Source: Gekko japonicus (lineage: Eukaryota). From it: a stretch of DNA of 62,517 nucleotides. The notes under the pieces were generated by a model, which saw only the letters and a list, made by a program, of their open reading frames with translations, was not told the origin of the DNA and searched no databases. The translations under genes and the position numbers were made by a program. Positions 36,200 to 48,371 of this stretch are shown here, piece by piece. The stretch's first letter is position 1, and each line of letters opens with the position of its first letter. The stretch is taken from contig NW_015172070.1 of NCBI RefSeq assembly GCF_001447785.1, positions 252,320 through 314,836 on the forward strand, given 5' to 3'.

Positions 36200-36870
36200 C
36201 TGTTGGCATCATTAAAAAAAAGCAAAGGAAAGAGCAGATCATATCAAAAGGGGTGGGTTCAAACAGAGAGCAAACGTATAAAATTCGCCATGAAATTTAA
36301 TCATTTTTCTCACCGTATTACATCTATCATTAATAAGCACTGGCCAATAGTCCAGCATATTACAGGTTGTGCAGAAAAAAAACCCTATAGGATTTAAAAG
36401 GGGATTGAATATACGTGACCGCATTATTAGAGCAGATATTGATAGACAACAGTGGGACTTACATTCAACTAGGGATCATTTTAAATGTAATAACTGCTCC
36501 ATTTGTTATTTAAGTTTGGAACTTCGTGAGTTTGCCCACCCACTATTGAAACCACCATACCAACTGAGACATATCTCTAACTGTAATAGTAAGAATTGTA
36601 TTTATGTCTTAACATGTGTATGTACATTTTTTAACGTGGGCAAAACCAGTTGACCAATCAAAATTAGAATTATGGAACACCGCTCCAGAATTAAAAACCA
36701 AATTAGGGAAGCTCCACTTGTGGAACACTGGCTACAGAAACAGCACTCTCTGGATGATTTACGCTTTTTTGTTATTTATAAATATCAAGCTGTTAAATAC
36801 CGACATGTGGCTATTGAGAGACTATTGGCACAAAGAGAATGGATACGATGGTCCCAAATGGATTGAATCA
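36200..36870 (+). mobile_element. Penelope-like element fragment (Cys-rich linker plus GIY-YIG endonuclease)
   Basis: ...FKCNNCSIC...SNCNSKNCIYVLTCVCTFFNVGKTS*PIKIRIMEHRSRIK...PLVEHW...LLAQREWI. This is a GIY-YIG signature with an in-frame stop. Confidence 0.8.
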
Positions 36871-37057
36871 AGAAATGGACCTCTCATGTTTCATTGGATA
36901 GTGCTATACCAGTGCTATGACAGTCTGCATTGGGACATTATTGTGAGATGGACATGGAGTCTTTAAAACAAATGCCATGGCTGCTCCAAATCATAGGCTC
37001 TTAATGAGGAGGAGGCCCCAAAGAATTTTTTTTAATTTAACCATATTGGTACTATGT

Positions 37058-37336
37058 AGAAGAAGAAGAGATTGGATTTATACCCCACCCTTCACTACCC
37101 AAAGGCGTCTCAGAGTGGCTTACAAACTCCTTTCCCTTGCCCTCCCCACAACAGACACCCTGTGAGGTAGGTGGGGCTGAGAGAACTCTGAGAGAGACTG
37201 CTCTTTTTTCAAGGACAGCTGTGCCAGAATTATGGCTTGCCCAAGGTCATCCAGCCAGGTGCAAGTGGAGGAGTGGGGAATCAAACCCGGTTCTCCCAGA
37301 TTAGAGTCCGTGCACTTAACCACTACACCAAACTGG
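37058..37336 (-). mobile_element. tRNA-derived squamate SINE
   Basis: Same family as 22545-22818. Confidence 0.75.
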
Positions 37337-40009
37337 TATTGGGATATTGTTGTAAAAAAAGTATGGATACTTTAAAACTTTGTTAGAACAATTATGATTG
37401 CTCCTAATGGCAGGATTTTAATGAGGCAGAAGCCCCAAAGGAATGTTTTGTTTGGTTTTTTGCTTAAACCACACCAGTCTTATGACTGTCTATAGTGTTG
37501 CTAAATAAGCATGGGCACTTTAAAACATTTCTAGAAGGGTTATGGCTGCTCTAAACTGCAGGATTTTAATATGAGTAGAGCCCCAAGAGAATGTTTATTT
37601 TATGAATGGTGTTTTGGAACAAGGATGATAAAACACGCGGGCACTTTAAGGAAAGGTGTTCTTGACACAGCTGCTCCTGATTGTGAGGCTTGGAACAAAA
37701 GAAATAGACAGAGCAAAACCCCAAATTTGTGACTACCTGATAGAACTTGAAAGATATGCTGTCTTAGATAGGTTATTATGTTTGCTGCAAGGTGTGAGCG
37801 AGCTCTTTTCACAATTTTAATAATTATAAATAAGGTGGAATGGAATTGTATTGATGTATTAATATTTTTGTTTATTTCAGTTCTGAAGGGGCCCTAGACA
37901 ATGCTGCTATCTTAAGAGCTTTTGGGCTCACAAAGAAAAATTATTGCACCTTATCTCCTTTATATAAACATCACGGTCCTTGAAAAAGATTCATTCGAAA
38001 TGGGTAAATTACTAGAGTCCCATGGGACTAGTGATAGTGTTACTGACAAGGTGCTGTCTGAATGTAAGCCTGCACTCGACGTATTGTTTGGGTGAAACAT
38101 ATTTTTCTCTATGCATTGTTTGGGTGAAATATATTTTTGATAATATTTGATACCAATATTTAGAAAACAGTACTTAAAAAAAGAAAAAGAATAAAGCATA
38201 AAATTGTTTTACCATAAACATATATTTATTGTACACAGTGATGTATATTTTTGTATGTCTTCCTAACACTTCGACCCTCAGTTTTTGTATTTAACCCCTG
38301 GAAGTTGGCAACTCTACCTAGGAAGCATGTTTTCTAGGCAAACTTAATAAATAAGCCCCACTGCTCTGAGGGACTTACTTCTGAGTAAACACAGCCAGGC
38401 AGAATGGAATTTCTTCATCTTTGGCAGCCTGATCTAGGATTGCCAACTTCAGCTTGGGAAATTCCTGGGGATTTGGGGGATGCTGTCTGGGGAGAGAGCT
38501 CAGTGGACAGGTGAGGCTGTAGAGTATACTTTCTAAAGCTGCCATGTCCTCCAAGGAAACTGATCTCTGGGCTCCATCTGGAGGTTGGCAACTCTAGCCC
38601 AGGTCATATGCATGTTTTAAGTCCTGCTGATCTCAAACAGGGCTTCCTCCCTTGTAAGTGTGGATTAGAATTGTAAACCCATTCCAGTGTTCAACAGTAC
38701 TGACCCCTAAATTAGGGTACCAGGACCGTTGCTATCATTACAAAGAAGTTCTCCTGTTTCAAATGTCAGTGTGGTATCTATATGTTCAGCTATTCTTTAT
38801 GTTGGGGGGGGGGGGGAATTAATCCCTGCAGGTAGAAAACAGAGAACTGGGTTTTCTCCATGACAGATTAGTTTTCTATATGCAGAGGGGGTGCTTGGTC
38901 AGTTTCAGAGGCTTGATCCGAAGCAAAGTGCCCTGCACATTCCTTGGTGTGTCGAGTTCTGTGTAGCCTAGCTGGGAGGATCCCGTGAAGAGGCACGTAT
39001 CTGCTCTACCAATAGCTTATGTCTCTCCAGAATCATCTTTGGAAAGTTCCTGCCTCCTAGGCCGAATGTGAAGGACATAGACCTTGGGGGGGACAGTGTT
39101 ACCACTTTGCGTATGCTCAGGGCACTCAGTTGATTATCATTCCTAATGTCCTCCAGCAGAGTCCTGTTTCCTAGATATTTGGTTTTAATTAGTGGATGGG
39201 TGAAGATACAGGGTTGTGTCCCTTGGATCAATTAAAGGACAAAACAACAGGGTCAGACCAAAGGTTCATCCAGTCCAGTATGTTGTTTCAAACAGTGGGC
39301 AGCTGGGTACTACTGGAAAGCCCAACAAATATGATGTGAAGGCAACAGCAGTCCTCCACTGGTGCCTCCCCCCCAACTGATAGGCTGCCTTTGAACATGG
39401 AAGCTCCATTTACCTAAAAGACTATTAATCGTATCTAATGTAGCTATGAAAATAGTTTTTTCTCTCATTCCTTAAGTTTTAATGTTTAGTGAAATGCTTC
39501 ACAGGAAATACTTGTGCATTTTTCTGTACTATTTTGGAAGGGACAACTGAAAATGTTAAAAAGTTGCCAACTGTTGCACTGGCGGTACACCTGGGCACTT
39601 CAGAGCAGCCTGAGACAGGGGAAATTTAGCAGCTGACTCTTTTCCTGGTAAGGAAGCAAGGCAGTCTTGAAAGCTAACGACTGTGTATTAACGGCAGAGG
39701 AGCACAGGCCACTGGAAAAGGTGGCAGCTTGCCCCTATAATCGTGATATGCCCCAAATACAACTGCAAGATATACATGCACACGTTATATATCACAAGCA
39801 GGCAGCAGAGGGAGCCACAAGCCTCCTAGGTGCTGGAACAGTAAAAGAAGGCCGCTTGTGAAGGTTGTGAGTATAGTAGCAGCAGATGTTAATGTTGCTG
39901 ATTTTTTTAGCATTTTCTGCAAAAGAGGGAGAGATTCAGACTTTACATTGTTGTTGCAGGAAAACCAAATTTCTCTCTCTCTTTTTTTGGGGGGGATGCA
40001 CAATGCATC

Positions 40010-40300
40010 CAATCCTAAAAGAAATCAACCCTGGAAGGCCAGATACTGAAGCTGAAGCTCAAATACTTTGGCCACCCAATGAGAAGGGAGCACTCATTGG
40101 AGAAGACCCTGCTGCTGGGAAAGACTGAAGGTCAAAGAAGACGGGGACGGCAGAGGATGAGATGGTTAGACAATGTTATTAATGCAAAGAACATGAAGTT
40201 AAGCAAACTTCAGAGCATGATAGAAGACAGGAGGGCCTGGCGTGATGTGGTCCATGGGGTCGCGAAGAGTTGGACCCGACTGTGCGACTGAACAACAACA
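40010..40300 (+). mobile_element. Bov-B LINE 3' end
   Basis: GAAGCTGAAGCTCAAATACTTTGGCCACC...CAGAGGATGAGATGGTTAGA...(CAA)n; TSD CAATGCATCCAA. Confidence 0.85.
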
Positions 40301-42581
40301 ATGCATCCAAAAAGGAATCTGGTTTGGGGATTATGGTTAAACCATTGCGCTGTCACTATACAGCACATTTCTTTGGCTTGGCCTGGCCTATGCAGGGTTC
40401 TTCATGTAGCAAGTTGTGTGTGTGTGTGTGCACGCGTGCATGTCGTGTGTGTGTAAAAACCTGTTTCTCGTACCCAGGATTATTTCCAGACTTTCCTCCC
40501 CAATAAAACATCCACACTCTGATGAGCCTCCCTTCTAGCGTCTGTGAAGTCACTGCAGCCCAACCAATGCATCCAAGCCCATGGTGAACAAGCAGCACTA
40601 GGAGAGTTACTGAGATTTCTAACTTTGTGGTCAGAAAATATTTAGGGGGGGGGGAAGCAAGCCCTGGGGGCGTGACCGCATCACTGAGCGAGTGCCACAC
40701 AGCTGTTGCATTGATCTGGCGTCAGCTAAAAAAAAAGGGGATATGTACATGTCTGCACACATAATAGAACAGCTGCAACACAAACAGAAAATAATAGGTC
40801 CTGTTCGGGGTTGCCAGCTCTGGATCGGGAAATACCTGGAGCTCCTGGAGGCGGAGCCTGGGGAGGGCGGAGTTTGGGGAAGGACCTCAGCGGGGCATAA
40901 TGCCGGAAAGTCCACCCTCCAAAGCAGCTGTTTTCTCCAGAACTGATCTTGACCATCCGGAGATTCAGTGGGAGATCTCCAGGCACTACCTGGCAACACT
41001 AGCCCTGTTCCAGAAGGTGGCAGCAGCAAGATCCAGCAAGGACATGGGGGGAAGTGCCTGTTTGTTGTGTGGACGCAGTGTTCCCTCTAAGCTGAGTTAG
41101 TGTGAGCTAGCTCACAGTTTTCTAGCCTCTGGCTCACACATTTTTGTCTTAGCTCAGGAAGAACAGCTCCAGAGCAAACTAATTTATACAGTTGCCAAAT
41201 CGCTCGCTCACAGTTTTAATGCCAGCCACTCACAAAGTAGAATTTTCGCTCACAAGACTCCACAGCTTAGAGGGAACATTGGAGCCATTCACTTGGTGTG
41301 CTTCCTGGGGTCTGATCCCTACGCAAACAGCAGTGAAGCAGCAAGAAGCCTGTTTCTCTCAACTGTGCCATTTCAGAGAGTGGGAAGCGGGAAGGGCGGC
41401 CATCCCATAATTGAATACTCCTGGCTGAGTGCAAAACATCCTCGCATAAGAGCATGGCAGGGAGGTGGCCAACCCCAACCCTTTCATCCTGCCAATCCAG
41501 CTTTCTGAGGATAACTCAACTGTGCCATTTCAGACAGTGGGAAGAGGAAGCGGGAAGGGCGGCCATCCCGTAATTGAATACTCCTGGCTGAGTGCAAAAC
41601 ATTCTCGCGTAAGAGCGTGGCAGGGAGGTGGCCAACCCCAACCCTTTCATCCTGCCAATCCAGCTTTCTGAGGATACATTTGTCGCACGGAACAGGGTGT
41701 CAGCTGACGTCCAAAGTGCATACGTTGAGATGCAAATTTACCCCCTCCTTTGCCGTTCGCGTGAACCATACCCTGGCTGACAGCCACACTAATGTCTGGA
41801 TGATGCAGTTGTCCGAACTCTGCAATCTGAATTGAGCCAAACCCGGTGTCTGGCCTGGCCTGGCCTGGCCTGACCTGGGGCCGGATACTGCCCCCCAGCG
41901 GGGTTCTCATGCAGATACGTGCCTCTTCACGGGATCCTCCCAGCTAGGCTACACAGAACTCACCCAGGAGTACAGGAAGGAAGGGAGGCAGCTGATGCCC
42001 AGAAAGGCCTTGGTCGAGCATTGCCCATTTTCCCCGCACGGGTAGGCCTCGGGAGGGGCTTCCTCTCAGAATGGTTATTTTCCACCCCTGCCTCCGTTTC
42101 ATCACATAAAATGAAAACAATCCCACATGTTTTCTCCTGGCAGAGAACAGAGAGGGTGTAGGTGGATCAAAAACGATGCAAGTTGGGTATGTGCTGCCCC
42201 AGCCAGCGTTAACTGTAGTTTAGTAAAACTGCTGTGTATCTTTAGCGCCGGACAGGATAGGGTACATTGGGCTTAGGGTTACCCCCCTACAGGTGGGACC
42301 TGGAGATCTCCCAGAATTACAAGTGATCACCAGACAATGGAGATTTGTTCACCTGGAGAAAATGGCTACCTTGGAGGGTGAACTGTATGGCGTTATCTAT
42401 ATATCTAATAGCCAAGTTGCCCCCTTGGAGGGTGAATTGTATGGCGTTATTTTTGTAAAATTACTTCATTCATACGCCGCCTTTCTCTCCACTAAGGACC
42501 CAAAGCAGCTTGTATCGTTCTCCTCTCCTCCACTTTATCCTCACAACAATCTTGTAAGGTAGGTTAGGCTGAGAGAGTACT

Positions 42582-43806
42582 TGTTAAGAGAAACGTAGTT
42601 CATTATTAGAATGCTGAATAAGGATCCAGTATCCTCACATATAGTTTAGATTACTGAGCACGAGACAGTTAATGTTCTTAACAGGTTTTCTATGTGTTTC
42701 TGTCCCTTCTCTCACCCTTGCCCAAAAGTCTATTAACACCCCTGAACTTTTAGGCAACCATTTTCATGGTCACAGTGTGAGGACTCCCTTATCTCTCTTC
42801 TATGTTGTAGAAGGATTGTTTTCCTTTTTTGCCCTTCCCAGGAATTTGAAATGTTCTGTAAACAGGGGTTAGGAGTGAGTTATGTCTAGGGAATGGGATT
42901 TAGTCACAGAAGCCTGTCTTTTTGTATTTTCCTATAAATGACGGACTCCATGTCTGTTCAGCATACCAGTTTGTCGGTGAACGGGCTGGTATCAGAATGA
43001 ATTCATTCTTAAATAAAACTACCTACTTTGCAAGCAGAAAGCCCTGGAAGTCACAGAAGCCTGCCTTTACCTTTACCTTTATAAATGACGGACTCCATGT
43101 CTGTTCAGCATACCAGTTTGTCAGTGAACGGGCTGGTATCAGAATGAATTCATTCTTAAATAAAACTACCTACTTTGCAAGCAGAAAGCCCTGGAAGTGA
43201 GTCTTTTCTCTCTCTCCCAGATAGACCTTGGTAATTTGCATTTAGTTCAAGTATGGCTGTGTAAGGGATGAGGGCTGAAAGAGCCTATAATTTGCTAAGC
43301 CCCTATGATTGGAAGGGGGCCATGAGTTTGACAGGATCCATCCTTGGAGGAGGACAGTAGCCTGGTGGGCGTAATTGCCAGCAGCTGCACGGCTTGGTTA
43401 TCTCAAGGGAGTGGCAGTAGCCCAGGTGGTTAGATGCTGATTAACCTTTCAGGAGGCACCAGAGTATCCTTGGACTTCGAGTTGATAAGCTGCCTCTGGA
43501 GATGGAACTGGATTCTGTTCTATGGTGATTTAGTACTGAACTGTCTAGGAGGACTTGCCATATAAGAAGCTGCAGCTTCCCTTTTTAGAATTGCCAACCT
43601 ACCTTCGCATTCAAATGTTTTACTGCCAACTGCTCAGAGGCTGGATGATTTCTGCACTGCATACATCCTGAGTGTTTGAATGTTTTTATTCAATTAAATG
43701 AAATAAGTCCTTTAAAGATATTTGCTGGGTGCTGAGAGTTATCTGTCTGCTGGCTAGCTACAAACTTATCTACTGAAGCGAACCCCAAGGTCGGTTGGAC
43801 CTGACA
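42582..43806 (+). mobile_element. LTR-like insertion(s) splitting a SINE
   Basis: SINE sequence stops at ~42581 and resumes at 43807. The interval starts TG, ends CA and contains TATA-like and AATAAA/ATTAAA motifs. Confidence 0.45.
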
Positions 43807-45394
43807 GACTGGCCAGCAAGCCTCCAGGATGGGGATCTGAACCTGAATCTCCTAAGATCCTAGGCTGACGTTCCAGCCATTACACCACCCTGGCTTATGC
43901 CCTGCAGCGGGTCCCGTCCCTCCTTCCCCAGGCTCCACCCCCAAAATCTCCAGTTATTTCCCAGCCAGGAGTTGGCAACCCTGGCTGCACAGCAGCACAG
44001 AGCATAGAGGACACACTGCTGAAGAGTCCAACCCCAAGTCCTGCTGAGAGACAGACACGCTCTGGGACTTCCATGCTGAGAAGTTGATTCCTAGGAACGG
44101 AATTACGTGTTCTGCACGTGGAACTCTTAGAGCACATCTATCGACAGGACCTGGGATGAGTGTCTCAGGTCGTCTGGCCCAGAGATGTTTTCGTTTGCTG
44201 GCATTGTGGATCTGGGGCATGCAGGTCCCTGGATCCCAACCAGCTTCCTTGGGTGCCGCCAGGTCCTTTCCCACGGCGGTTGGTCACATCTTTCCCTCAA
44301 AGGCCAATGCTGTCTGCCGGAGGTTGTCGAGCACTGTGAGAAGAGAGTCCCTAACAATTGCGAACTGTCACGAAGAGCAGCCTCCGCTCCCCTCCCAAGG
44401 ATTTTGTGAAGATAAAGGCGCTTCTTTTTTTGGTTGCAGATCACGCCTCTGCAGCAGCTGCCAACAGTTTCCCTCTCAGGTCCCTCACTGGTTTACTTTT
44501 GCAGTTCAGAAGTCCGAAGGAGAAGCAGGCTTCTAATCCACTCAACGCCCTCGTCACAGAAACCACTAGAGGCCTTGAGCAATTTACCTCAAGTGGGGTT
44601 TTAAAAAAATATTTTGAAAGCCATGAAGGAAAAAAGGATGGGCCCAAACTCTCGGAAGTGGGGTAGGAAATGACACAGACCCTCCCTCTGTGGCCTCACT
44701 TTCTCACACACCAAACAGGAATACCTCACAAGGGTGTTGTGAAGTGCTTTTGGATTTGTTTAAAAACAACTTCACATATGATCGTGTATGAAGGCTAGGG
44801 TTGTCAGCCTCCAGGTGGGACTGGAGAAGTCCAGGAATTAAAATTGATCTTCAGGCTACATAATTTATTTAATAAATTTATTCCACTTCTCTTGAAGAAA
44901 ATGGCTGTTTTGGAAGGTGGACTGTATGGCATTATACCCTACCGAGGTCCCTCCCGCTCTCTAAACCCCACTCTCCCCCCAAAATCCCACTCTCAGATCT
45001 CCAGGTATTTCCCTTCAGGAGTTGGTAACCCCAATGAAAGTGCTCTGTCTGTTTCTCCCCCCTTCCTCAACTTAGGCCAAAGCATCCCATCTGGAATGCA
45101 GTGCATGAAGGCTGCATCAGCAGGATCATGTCTTCCCTGATGTGACAAATGTCTCTGGCCAATAACTGCCATTTTGATCAGAGAATTTTCCCCCAACAGA
45201 ATTTCGTCTCACAAAGCGCCAAACTAGACATGACACTGAAGTGTTTTTAAAACTCCCAGTGGCTGTTTTAAGGCAAAAGCAGTAGGGTCGGAGTGGAGAG
45301 AGAGTACGGTGGGTTTAACCCTTTTCATACCCATCGTTCCCTTCCAGCCCAAACTGTCCTTCCCTCACCAGGGATCCAGATATGTGGTTACAAT

Positions 45395-45600
45395 CAGTGT
45401 TCCCTCTAAGCTGACTTAGTGTGAGCTAGCTCACCGTTTTTTAGCCTCTGGCTCACACATTTTTGTCTTAGCTCAGGAAGGATGGATTCAGAGCAAACTA
45501 ATTTATGCAGCAGCCAAACCACCTGCTCACAACTTCAATCCCAGTAGCTCACAAAGTACAATTTTTGCTCACAGGACTCCATAGCTTAGAGGGAGCATTG
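45395..45600 (+). mobile_element. hAT-type MITE family A
   Basis: Perfect TSD GTTACAAT. Confidence 0.85.
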
Positions 45601-45683
45601 GTTACAATCAAGTTTTTATTTTTTTGGGGGGGTGGGAGTTTGGCGGTGTTGCTTGGAGCCCAAAAGCACCATGTGGGGAATGG

Positions 45684-45977
45684 NNNNNNNNNNNNNNNNN
45701 NNNNNNNNNNNNNNNNNNNNNNNNNNNNNNNNNNNNNNNNNNNNNNNNNNNNNNNNNNNNNNNNNNNNNNNNNNNNNNNNNNNNNNNNNNNNNNNNNNNN
45801 NNNNNNNNNNNNNNNNNNNNNNNNNNNNNNNNNNNNNNNNNNNNNNNNNNNNNNNNNNNNNNNNNNNNNNNNNNNNNNNNNNNNNNNNNNNNNNNNNNNN
45901 NNNNNNNNNNNNNNNNNNNNNNNNNNNNNNNNNNNNNNNNNNNNNNNNNNNNNNNNNNNNNNNNNNNNNNNNNNNNN
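45684..45977. other. Assembly gap
   Basis: Run of N. Confidence 1.
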
Positions 45978-48371
45978 GGGGTGGAGCCTGAGGTGGGTAG
46001 AGTTTGGGGAGGGGAGGGGCTTCAGCGGGCTATAATGCAATACAATCTACCTTCCAAAATGGCCATTTTCTCCGGGTTAACCGACTGCTGTTACCCGGAG
46101 GTCTATTGTAACCCCAGGAGATCTCCAGCCACCACCTGGAAGCTGGTAACCCTACTAGTAGCCACTGCTAGTCCTTTACTCTTCCATGAATCCATGGGCT
46201 AAGCTACATCTGACTGCTACCTCTGAAACAGCCATGAGGGGGTACAGCCATTTTGGCACTCGATGAGGTATGGCGGGGGAGACAAGAGTGCTTCAGGCTA
46301 CCGCACTGCAGGCAGGACTGGGCCCTTGCAGCATTTTTTTAAATTGACTTTAAAATGGCGGTGGCATCCTCTTGGCAGGACACCATCGTGTCTGGCTTGG
46401 TCCTGTCTAACCCCCTCTCTGTTCACAACCATCACCACCATCCACTGGCAGCAAATTCCACTATGCAATTACTTGTTGAGTAATTCCTTTTGTCTGTCCA
46501 ACATCTACGGCCCATCAACTTCACTGGGTACCCCCAGTTCTAGTATTACGGGGGAAAGCTCTTGAGCCATTTCCTCCACCCTACTCATAATTGTGTAAAC
46601 CTCTCTGATGTGTCCCGTCCCACCAGCTTTTCCCCTGAACTGAAAACTCCCAGACTCTTTAGCCTTTCCTCAGCGGGGAGGTTTTTCTCAGGTTCAGCCT
46701 TGCTGGCATTTCTAGGTCTGGACTAGCCACTGTCAAAACTAGTCTCCAAACTTGTAGGATGCTGTTAAACCGGGGTTCCAGCAATGGCTGAACAGTTTGC
46801 AACTTTTTGAATTCCTTGGGCCTTATGCTTCAAAAGCCCTACCCTAAATTAACCTCCATCTATATGAATTCCAATTTAGGCATATTCCGTCTTGCATTTT
46901 AAAAATACAACAGTAGATTCTGGGTTGTATCTTAAGACAAAATTTCTTCTGCTTCTTTTGAGGGAAGGGGAGGCTAAACATCAAGCCTGACAGAGAGATC
47001 TAGAGAAACTGAAAACTCACACACTGTTTTGTAATGCACTTGGTTTTGTGATATTTTGGTTGTTCCTATGAAAAAGGCATCACACACATTTTGTTCTTAA
47101 CATTTCTGCAACTCGTTAACATGATGACAGCTGCAGGCCATTTTCATGTGCAGATTAAATGGGCTTGGGGTGATTCCCCCCACCTTCCCTGCATTCTCCC
47201 TCCTTGTGTGAATCTGGACCTTGAATTAAAAGGCTTTGGGAAGACTTGCAAAGAGCTGCTCTCAGCCTTGTCGGAACTGTATTCACAAGGGAGGTCTCCC
47301 AGGCTTTCACTGTGGCACTTGTAAAAAGGCTACGGTGCTAGAAAGACATAGCTGTTTCTCCAGAAGCAAAAGATCCGGCCAGATGGGAAGAATCTTCCCG
47401 ATATTTACCTTTAGAAACAGCAGATCTGCAGGATCAGACCGCAGTTGCCATGTAATCCACCACCTGGCTTCTCACAGTGGCCAAACAGAAGCCACAATGG
47501 AAAGCCCACAATAAGGGAATGGAACGAAATCAATCTTGCCTACTGTCCCCCCCCCCCTTTATGATTTGGAAGGTAACACTGTCTCCGAACATGGAGGTCA
47601 CTGACGGGCCTCGCCTCCTCTTTGAATTTGTCTAACCCTCTTATGAAGCCGCTCATGGCCATCACCAACATCCCGGGGCAGTGAGTTCCACAAGTGAATT
47701 ATGCAGCGAGTGAAGAGCGACTTCCTTTTGTCTGCCCTGAATCTATTGCCCGTCATCTTCAGTGGATGCTCCTTATGTTAATTTTGCGAAAGGAAAAAAT
47801 TCTCCCTGACTACTTTCTCCATCCCGTGCATAATGTTACTACCTTCTTTCATCTCCCTCCCGCACCACACTGTCAACTTGTTTTTAAGAAGGGAAGCCCC
47901 AAACCTTTTCGCCTTTCATCTTAGACAGGCATCCCAACCACAGGATCATTTTGGGTTTCCCTAATAGGATAAAGTGGTCGATGGGGTTGGGGCTGGGGAG
48001 AGGGTTGAAACTGGGCAGACAGCCACCGGCATCTCCGACCTGGCCCTGGGAACGCCACCCCTCCTGCAAATCACTTGGCAAATGGCATGTGCTTGAGATA
48101 GAGACTCTCCCTTCTCTCAAAGTCACACTCGTGCTGACTGATAAGGCAGACAGTCCAAGGGCAGAGGGGAAGGGTCTCACAGCAGTTGCGTCACGCATAA
48201 AGTTGACAAGGGTCAAAATTCCAGACCCGTGGCCCCTTTACACAGCACAGTTTGATGGGGGGACTGGCCAGGGGCTTGCTCCCTTCCGAGCTCTATGTTC
48301 TTCCAGATGGTGGTTGTCCCAGGACGGCTTCCCCCTGCCCCCAAAGGAGGCTCCAGAGGCTCCCAATCCCT

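Noticed and set aside
41964-42136. Exon-like - strand segment with good splice sites
   Set aside because: No recognisable homology or linkable neighbouring exon; not called as a feature without transcript data.
43895-44666. Overlapping 100-150 aa ORFs downstream of ADAMTSL5
   Set aside because: No domain similarity, no ATG/splice chain, and no coding-like composition.
45505-46202. Long ORFs spanning N runs
   Set aside because: Artefacts of the assembly gap.
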